Assembly: GCA_951406725.2 (NCBI GenBank)
Contig: OX597820.1
Span: 50,282,001 to 50,346,000 of the forward strand
Direction of reading: 5' to 3'
Length of the DNA: 64,000 bases
Origin: Octopus vulgaris
Taxonomy: Eukaryota
Shown: positions 55,139 through 64,000 of the stretch, in pieces
How positions within the stretch are numbered: the stretch's first letter is position 1
How the letters are laid out: each line of letters opens with the position of its first letter
The notes under the pieces: generated by a model
Database searches by the model: none
What the model was told of the DNA's origin: nothing
Seen by the model: the letters and a program-made list of their open reading frames with translations, nothing else
Made by a program: the position numbers and the translations under genes

Positions 55139-56337
55139 TATTCGCGTATGTTATGTTTGTATATAATATAATTTTCTTATTTTTATTGATCCTATCGTTA
55201 TAGCAATTATATCCTTCTTCATCTATTTGTTCCGGGAGCATTCGCGAATACGTATAAGCTACTAATTAATGATTTAATGTATCCGACTATTTCTTGCCCT
55301 TTTTATGATTATAATTTCTGTTTTGTACAATGCTTTTAATCATACGAGCTAATTTCAAACTAGGTGTAGCGTTGAGAAATATTACTGTCTAAAACCGGTA
55401 CTTGGCCATTTACCAACACTGAATTTCATGTTGTTTTCGTTTAATTATCCATACTAGAACCTGCAGCGGTATATGGGGCTCATTTAAACCACATTGTTGA
55501 TAGTTCAACATTTTTGTTGGTCCTCTGTGTACTCTGATCCAATCCAGAATTCTAATCACTGAAACAAAACCTTTTTACTGTAGTTCAAAGATGTATAGTT
55601 CTCATCAGATATAATAGGTTCTTCATCAGAAGTTTATTTTTAAAATCTCGAACATAAAGCATAATGGAGAAGAAAAGCTCAATTCATTACTTTGTTTTAA
55701 CTCGTATTCGATATCTAGTAGGGAAATTTTCCACGACGCTTCCAGTAAGGCAAGTCAACAGATACCTCGATGCCTTAGCGCAAGCATTTACCCAATGTGT
55801 TCTATGGAACACTACGTTTCCTTGAAAAAATTATCCTGAATTTCGCGAGATAAGATGTCATGAAAAAAATAAGTAAATACCACTTTATTTTATGGAAAAA
55901 TGCTATTTACCAGTTTCAAAACAAGTGATAATGTGATTTTTATACGAGAATATTGTCTCATTAACATATATTTTGATTCATTTAATGGAATATTAAAATT
56001 TGTGATAGGAGATTTCTTTAAAAATTATTAGTATTGTTTCTGTGATATATTGAAAAATCGGATAAAAATAGCCTTGTTGCCATAAAATAATTTGGGGAAC
56101 TGCAATACTTTTAGATAGGGTTTATTTTGTGTTACGTATATGGGATTTTATTCACTGCAATAATATGAATTAGAAGCGTAAAATAAAATAAAATAGCTGT
56201 AAACAAGGTTTTCTACAATTATGAATATAAAAGTGTCAGAACAATAAACCATATGGAAATATAATCCTCTCGTAAACGGACAGGATTCAAATCTCACAGA
56301 GGTGTAACAATTTACCCAATATGAGAAGCTGTAAACT

Positions 56338-57018
56338 CTTTTCTACTCTAGCGAAAAGGCCCTAAGTTTTTGGGAAGAGGTCCAGTCGATTAGATCGACC
56401 CCAGTATGCAATTGGTACCTAATTTATCGACCCCGAAAGAATCAAAAGCAAAGTCGACCTCGACGGAATTTCAACTTTAGGACCTAAAGAAGACGAAGTA
56501 CTTATTTCTTTACTACCCAAAAGGGGTTACACACAGAGAGAATAAACAAAGACAGACAAACGGATTAAATCGATTATATCGACCCCAGTGTGCAACTGGT
56601 ACTTATTTAATCGAACCCGAAAGGATGAAAGGCAAAGTCGACCTCGGCGGAATTTGAACTCAGAACGTAACGGCAGACGAAATACCGCTAAGCATTTCGT
56701 GCGGCGTGCTAACGTTTCTTATTTCTGTATTTCCCACAAAGGTTTAAACATACAGGGGGCAAACAACGAGAGACAAAGGGATTAAATCGATTACATCGAC
56801 CCCAGAGCGTAACTGGTTCTTAATTTACCGACCCCGAAAGATGAAAGGCAAAGTCGATCTAGGCAGAATTTGGACTCAGAACGTAACGACAGACGAAATA
56901 CCTATTTCTTTACTACCCACAAGGACAGACAAACGGATTATGTCGATTATATCGACCCCAGTGCGTAATTGGTACTTATTTAATCGACCCCGAAAGGAGG
57001 AAAGGCAAAGTCAACCTC
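56338..57018 (-). mobile_element. Nested array of SINE family A (4 units)
   Basis: Same core and the same two junction types as 13082-14830. Confidence 0.9.
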
Positions 57019-57019
57019 A

Positions 57020-57157
57020 GTTTTCTTCCCAACCGCATGGTTCCGGATTCAGGTCCACTGTGTGGTACCATGGGCAGATGTTTTCTACTATAGCTTAGGG
57101 CCGACAAAAACCTTCTGAGTAGATTTGATGCACGGAAACTGAAAGAAGACTGTCGTG
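57020..57157 (+). mobile_element. SINE family B 5' fragment
   Basis: caaccgcatggttccgg.ttca..ctactatagc..ggaaactgaaagaag. Confidence 0.8.
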
Positions 57158-57159
57158 CC

Positions 57160-58262
57160 ATTTTTATGTATCAGGTGATTTTTTCATCATGCCATGTACA
57201 AAAGAAGCCTTGGAACTATCTGAATGTCAAACAAGCCATATTGTGGGTCATTCTGAAGGTGGACATAGCATAAAATCGCAAAAACCCTTGGGATCCCGCT
57301 TTCTACAGTTAATAGAGTGATTGTGCGATTCACCAGATAGGAGAAGGATTTCACATCACCTTACCCAGATCAACCAGTGCCCACTGACAGGATCTTTCTT
57401 TTTGTAAGAGAAGTATGGAATATAATCCTCGTTGCAATGTGGAACAATTTGAAGAGCGGCTGTCAGGTATCTCCACAAACTTGGCTACTATTGCAGAGCA
57501 GCAAGAAGGAAGCCGCTTCTTCTACCAGACAACATCAAGTGCAAAAAAGATTGGGCCAGTGAGATGGTGGAGAGGCCATTAGAATTTTGGGAGACTGTCA
57601 TATTCTCTGATGAATCCAGATTTGTTGTATTTCTTAACAGTGGTCGAGTGCGGGTCTGGAGACTGTGGTAAAAAATTCGATGTGACAATATTGCAACCAA
57701 CAATGAAACATGGCAGCTGTTCTGTGATGGTCTGGGGAATAATTTGGAGCGATGGTTGATCAGAGGTGGTGGAGTCTGAGGGAAACATAAACTCAAATAT
57801 ATAAGTGTCCATATTGCAGAGAGAACTCCTACCAAAATTCCAGTTGTAAAATAATTAAAGTAGGCTCTTTATTTATGGAAGATAGAACTCCTTGTCACAC
57901 AGCTAACATGACCCAAGATTTGTTGTATGAAAATGGCATTAAAAATCTTCCATAGCTAAGCCAGTCTCCAGATATGGACCCTATTAAACATCTCTGGTAC
58001 ATAATGGACAAGACATTTTATAAAAAGATCAAGAAAGCATCTTCAAAGGCAGATCTTATGAGATTACTGCATGAAACTTGCCAAGAAATTCCCCAAGAGA
58101 ATATTCGTCATCTGATCAATTACACGCCTAAATATTAATGTCTACTAAATATTAAACATTCACATTATAAAAATTAATAAATAATTTGAATGTATAATTT
58201 CAGATTTTAATAAATTTTAATGATTATAAGTTGTGTTTACTTACTTTTGCCATCTGTGTGTG
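57160..58262 (+). mobile_element. Tc1-family (DD34E) transposon fossil
   Basis: From ATG 57189: ELSECQTSHIVG, KIAKTLGIPLSTVNRVI, RAARRKPLL, VIFSDESRF, PTMKHGSCSVMVWG, FMEDRTPCHTA, SQSPDMDPIKHLW, with stops and frameshifts. Probable right TIR ttacttttgccatc near 58240-58262. Confidence 0.92.
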
Positions 58263-58290
58263 TATATATATAAATAGAGAGATAGATTGT

Positions 58291-58441
<151 letters not shown>

Positions 58442-58447
58442 CATACA

Positions 58448-58502
<55 letters not shown>

Positions 58503-58507
<5 letters not shown>

Positions 58508-58690
58508 ATCCAAACAAGAAAGCACAAAAACACAACAACGCGAGGACGTGGAACAAATATAGTATTATTGGACGCTCAGGAAAGAAGGAAAGAATGAGGG
58601 TTTTACGTTTCGAGTGGAGCTCTTCGTCGGAAACATAAGAGAAGGTAAGATCCAGAGAAGGGAAGACAGAGGAAAAACACATTTTGAATG
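58503..58690 (-). mobile_element. PLE-type terminal repeat with minimal variant hammerhead (58601-58633)
   Basis: Minus strand ttt-CCGACGA-A-GAGctccaCTC-GAAAC-GTA-aaa, abutting (TA)n. A related fragment lies at 40990-41076. Confidence 0.6.
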
Positions 58691-58754
58691 ACCGGAAGGA
58701 AGTGGGTGAAGAAAAGTTATTTCAAAGACAGGAGAGTGGTAGAGGAGGAGGATT

Positions 58755-60015
58755 GTGTGTGTAAGTGTGGATATGTGCGTGCGCGGTGGTATGCGTGTGC
58801 GTGTGTGCGTATGTGTGTATGTGTGCAATGATAACACGTGTGTCTGTGCGTGTGTGTGTGTATGTGTGTGTGGTTGTGGCTGTTAATCTTTGCGTGTTGT
58901 AGGGCTGGTAGTGTTTAAGGTCAAGGAAGAAGGAATTGGGAGTGCCTCCTTTTGTCTCTACCACAGGTCAGTAATAGGTACTGCTAGTTTGAAGTATGTG
59001 TGTATGTGCGTGTATATATATGTATCGTGTGTGTGTTTTGTTTGTAGTGTGTGTGTGTGTATGTGTGTGTTCGTGTGTGTATGCGTAGAGTTTGGGTGTG
59101 TGGCGAATAACTGTGCTTTACTTAGTGTATGTGTGCGTGTGTGCTTGTACGTGCGTATGTGTGTATACATGTATGTGTAATTGTGTGCGTGTATGTATTA
59201 TTGTGTGCCGTGTGCATGGGATGTATGTGTGGGTTCATTTGTGTGTGTGTGTATGTATGTGCGTGCGTGTCGTATGCGCGTGCGTGTCGTATGTGCGTGT
59301 AGTTTTGTGTGCGTGTACGTGTGCGTTTGTATGTGTGTGTGTGTAAGCGTATATGGGTGTATATACGTGTATCCGTGGGGTTGTGAGTTTTGGGTGTGTG
59401 CATTCGTGTGTGTGTGTGCGTGCGTATGTGTGCGCATGTTTTTGTGCGCGTGTGTGTGTGTCTGTATCTATATGTGTATACGTATGTGTATGTGTGTGTA
59501 CGCGTGTAGGCATATATTGTGTGTATGTATATGCATCGGTGTGTATGTGAATTTGTATATGCGTGTGTGTGTGTGGGAGGGGGGTTGGAGTTGTGTGGGC
59601 TTAATGTGCGTGCATGTGCTTGTGTGCGTGTGTGCGCTTACCTGCGTGTATGTGCGTGTGTGTCTGTGCCCATGTGTGTATAAGAGTGTGCGTATCTGTA
59701 TGAGTATTGTTTGTTGGAAGTATATGTGGGCATCTGTGCTGGAGTGTGTGTATGTACGTGTGTATGTGTGTATGTGTGTGTGTGCGTGTATTGTGTGCGT
59801 ATGTACGTGCGTGTATGTGTATGTGCGTGTGTGTTACCGTGGATATGTGTGTCAGGTTATGTTCATTTTACTGTGTGTACGCGCGTGTGCTTGAGTATGT
59901 GCGTGTATGTGGCTATGTGTACGTTTATGTGTGTCTGTGTGTGCATGAGGTTGGATGGGATAGGTTTCTGTGCATTCTTGTGCGTGTGTGTACGTTTGTG
60001 TACGTGTGTGTGTGC
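58755..60015. repeat. 1.26-kb degenerate (TG)-rich tract
   Basis: Alternating purine-pyrimidine TG/TA/CG with many substitutions. Confidence 0.9.
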
Positions 60016-60419
60016 ACGGCAAATGAAAGCCGGGAGATGGAATATACGGGAATTTATTAATAATAACGACAATTGTTTCGACACATCTAGCATCGATCCC
60101 TCATGGTTGGGACTTCAACAACTGGTTCAGGAGCATACGGTGGTGCAGATATATCACGTCGGGGATAAATATACACAACTCATTAAAATAACAGTTCTGC
60201 AATGTAACTTATCATTTTATAGAAAGAAAAGAAACCAGACGGAGGAAATATCTTCATTGATATGGAAGATCAAAAATAAAAATATAAACAAACACGCAAT
60301 TTAGCGAGAAAAGTATTAAAAATAACCGTTAACAACTACAGATGTGTAAACGCCCTCGGACAAGCTGCATGGCGCGAGTTCACTCGCTCATTCGCAAAAA
60401 TGTGAGCATATTTATAAAT

Positions 60420-60880
60420 AGGCCTGGTATATGTATAGACGAATGTTGAGGTAGTTTGACCACATGGAGGGGATAGATGAGGAACGGATGGTAAGGAAAG
60501 TGATGAAGGCAGAAGTGGTAGGCAGCAGAACCAGAAGCAGACTTCGGTTTGTGTAGATGGCTGGACTGAGGAAAGCTTCGGTGGTTAGAGGTGCTGGAGT
60601 GAGAAAGTCAAGAAAGTTTATAAATGACAAGAAAGGTTGGAGAGTGTTTCTGGACGGATGAATGAATTTCTTGTTGCTCAAAATGGTACGGAACAAGCAT
60701 GATGCGGTGAGGGCAAATCAGCATATGCTGTCGGTCCCCGCTGCTAATATTTAGGGTTGAGTTCTATGCCTTGACCCGAGCATAGAACGGGGCCTGTCTC
60801 TTTGAACTGGGAAACGAATGGATTGGTTCGTGTGTGTGTTTTTTGTGGTTACCCCTCCTAAAAATGGGGAACAGGCCTGG
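60420..60880 (+). mobile_element. RTE-clade LINE 3' end
   Basis: RMLR*FDHMEGIDEERMVRKVMKAEVVGSRTRSRLRFV*..DKKGWR, matching the LRWFGHV.RM...GRPR..W..DR..WR motif. Confidence 0.85.
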
Positions 60881-60944
60881 GTATTTTTTTAATATATATA
60901 CATATACATATGTGTGTGTGTGTTTGTATATATCAGAACATTAT

Positions 60945-60981
<37 letters not shown>

Positions 60982-61699
60982 CACGAATGTATGCATGTTT
61001 GCGTCTACGAGCATGTGTGAGCGAGATTTTCGTCGGTATATTTGCGTGTTTATATTTTTAAAAAATGTATATGCATGTGAAATATTATATTTTCAATTCT
61101 TATCTTCAATACGAATGTTGTGATATAAGACAACTAGTTTTACGAATCGACTTTATATACAAGCATATAAGGTTCGAGATTATTGATCGGATTACTGACT
61201 GGCACAATGTTATTGTAAAAACTAAAACATAGCTGAATGACTGTTGGTATTACTCTCAGCTTTCATCTGCTGAATATTCCGAGATTTATAAAAACGATAG
61301 CTGCATATATTGTGCTGAATGACGTTATCAGATTATAATATACAGACGCAACCACAAATAGAAAGTTCCCTATATAAGTACACACACACACACACACACA
61401 CACAATTGCATATGGACACTCGTGGTTGAGAAAACTAAAGAAAGTCTCTTAATCTTCTTATTTACTTAATTTTATTGTTGTTTTTGTATTGGTCGTTCTT
61501 TTGTAGTCCATGTCAAGCCTGATCCAGGATATATGTTATGATTAAGACATACTAGCTTATGACCAATGAAACTTTTTTTTTTCCTGAAGGCATAAGGTAT
61601 GGTGTTTAGAAATGCATTACCGCAATATGTAACTTTTTAATTTTAGCACTGTGTGAAGCTTTATTCGTGGCTCACACTTCTATCGATGTATCTGAATCT

Positions 61700-62076
61700 T
61701 GTAGTAGTAGTTAGTAATATTATCAGCAATAGTAGTAGTACATAGTGGTAGTAGTAATTAGTAGTAGCAGTAGCAGTAATAGTAGTAGTAGCAGCAGTAG
61801 TAGTTGTAGTACTTAGTAATATTATCAGCAGTAGTAGTATTTAGTCGTAGTAGCAGCAGTAGTAGTAGTACTTAGTAGTAGTAGCAGCAGAAGTAGTAGT
61901 ACTTAGTAGTAGTAGCAGCAGTAGTAGTAGTAGTACTTAGTAGTAGTAGCAGCAGCAGTAGTAGTAGTAGCGGTTGTAGCCAGTAGTAGTTAGTAATAGT
62001 AGTGGTAGTAGTAATAGTATTAGTAGTAGTATCTGTAGCTAGTAATAGTTAGTAGTAGTAGTGGTTGTAGTAGTAG
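61700..62076. repeat. (TAG/CAG) triplet repeat with higher-order agtacttagt subunits
   Basis: Direct reading. Confidence 0.93.
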
Positions 62077-62085
62077 AAATGGTTA

Positions 62086-62760
62086 CACTATCCATACAGT
62101 GTAAAGAGAGGGGTTGCTCAGTACCAAAAACATTGTGCAAAAATATAAATAGCAATCGTGATGCACACCACAAAGAAATGATCAAGCTCAATAACGATCT
62201 GTTAAGCAACAACTACCCTAAAAGTATACTATCCACTCCAATTATGAAGAAGAGAGAGGATGAGGCTAATAAATTGTCCATAGTCTGTCTACCTAATGTG
62301 AAAGGCTTCTCCGAAAAGATACAAAATATATGCGGCACAATATGACATCAGGACAGTATTCAAGAGTAATACAACGCTTCGCAAATATTTCCTTCGGCTA
62401 AAACCACCAATAGAATAGAATATGACCAAAGACTGTGTGTACTCCATCCCATGTAGCTGTGGTAGGCTATACAAAGGCGAAACATGCCGTCCCCTCAAAA
62501 TAAGGGTAGACGAACATCGCAAAGCTGTGACACGAAGATATATTGATAAATCGGGTATAGCTGATCATGTGGGATGAAGTTAAAATAATAGACAGAGAAC
62601 ACCACTGGAAAATACGAAAACTAAAAGAAGCAGCACACATGCTAGGACACCCACAACCTCCTAAGCAGACGGAGTGCTGATATGAGCAGCATATGGAAAC
62701 CGGTATTAAGGAAGGATAGAAAAATATTAGATTTATCAGCCCTAAAATTCACTCCATAAT
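62086..62760 (+). mobile_element. Penelope/Poseidon-type PLE fragment (RT thumb plus GIY-YIG), pseudogenised
   Basis: HYPYSVKRGVA, NNYPKSIL, CLPNVKGFSEKI, CVYSIPCSCGRLYKGETCRPLKIRVDEHR, SGIADHV, KIRKLKEA, with frameshifts and a stop. Confidence 0.9.
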
Positions 62761-62767
62761 TGTCCAA

Positions 62768-62858
62768 GGGGATTTGGCCTAGTTGTTAAGAGCGTGGGCT
62801 GCTAACCCCAAAATTCCGAGTTCGATTACAAGCAGTAACCTGAATAATAATAATAATA
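62768..62858 (+). mobile_element. Short tRNA-derived SINE head with (AAT)n tail
   Basis: TGGCCTAGTTG A box, ctgctaa anticodon-like loop, GAGTTCGATT B box; no intact acceptor stem. Confidence 0.6.
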
Positions 62859-63345
62859 TATATCTTAGGATTAAGAGCCCAAATGTATCTGTTTTCGGTT
62901 TACTGTACCCCGTACTCTATTATGCATTACAACTATTTTAAAGATTAAATAGTGTTTTTAGGCCATTTGATTAGTTTAGGTACAGTAACGACAATCATTA
63001 GCATTTTGAATGCGTAAGATTAATTATAAAGTGAGTTAGATATCGTGGTTGACATATCAGAGCTGTTTTCTAAATTATATATATACCATTATGCACATGA
63101 ATTATTTAGAACACTTATGCCATCACAATGTTGTCCAATAAGAAAGAATAAGTCACAACCGGTTCATTTAGTATAATTCAGATCCATATTCATATGGATA
63201 TATTTGAGTAACATTATTGTTATCAGGCTGGTAACTTCATATCATATCACTAGCATTATATTGGAGTTATTGAATAGTATAATACTGAAATAGAAATAAC
63301 GTTGCTTCATGCCCCTGTGATATTACGAATAATGTAATTGTGTTA

Positions 63346-63542
63346 AGGCGGCGAGCTGACAGAAACGTTAGCACGCCGGGCGGAATGCTAAGCGTTACTT
63401 CGTCAGTCTTTACGTTCAGAGTCGAAATTCCACCGAGGTCGTCTTTGCCTTTCATCCTTTCGGGGTGGATTAATTAAGTACCAGTTGCCTACTGGTGTCT
63501 CTCATCCAAATTTTCGGGTTTTGTGCCTAGAGTAGAAAAGAA
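63346..63542 (+). mobile_element. SINE family A, uninterrupted single copy
   Basis: ggcggcgagctg.cagaaacgttagcacgccggg head through the tgtgcctagagtagaaaag tail. Confidence 0.9.
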
Positions 63543-64000
63543 CGATGTAATTGGGATTTCGTGCAATATTCACTATTTTCAGATTCATGATATGACATCA
63601 TGTAAATTTCTGCGTACACGTCAGTCCTTTCTGCAGAAGGAGGACTGGCGAATATGAAGTAATATTACAATTTACTCAGAGTTCAAGAATGAAGTAAGCA
63701 AGAAAATCTACGATAACGCGAAGCGTAGATGAATATAGCCGTGTACTTAACGAATTATATATACATATGCATACACACATGCGTATATACATATAGACAT
63801 ACGTACATATACAGGCATACACATGTATGCGTGTTTGAATATGTTTGTATATGGTGTATGTATATACACTCACCTACACTAATACACTTATACTCTCACC
63901 CTTACTGTAGATTTTTGCGTATATATGTAATGAAAAAACCTACGAGAAGTGTTACCGTATATGAAGTGCAAGTGCTACTGCTAGCATGCACAGAATAAAA

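Noticed and set aside
63619-63650. 12-bp GC-rich hairpin as Helitron 3' end or terminator
   Set aside because: No downstream CTRR terminus and no U-tract; too short to support a call.

Overview
This is an AT-rich eukaryotic window saturated with microsatellites. The SINE families and repeat landscape resemble Octopus (coleoid cephalopod) genomic DNA; that is inference from recalled repeat sequences, not a database match. No intact host protein-coding gene is supportable, and nearly all ORF-track entries are translated simple repeats. Mobile content: several tRNA-derived SINE families, RTE, Tx1-like and CR1-group LINE remnants, two decayed mariners, a Tc1 fossil, a long-TIR MITE, and two Penelope-like elements (PLEs) with GIY-YIG endonuclease, one with an open 172-aa ORF. 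Two systems stand out. (1) A young SINE appears to insert repeatedly into one fixed site of older copies of its own family, building 184-bp-period nested arrays; a 16-bp target-site duplication at 43460/43708 is the best evidence. (2) Several short fold-back cassettes between (TA)n/(CA)n tracts carry PLE-type hammerhead ribozyme motifs, one with an intact core at 30484-30566 (minus strand). All alignments and folds were done by eye; coordinates of degenerate elements are approximate.
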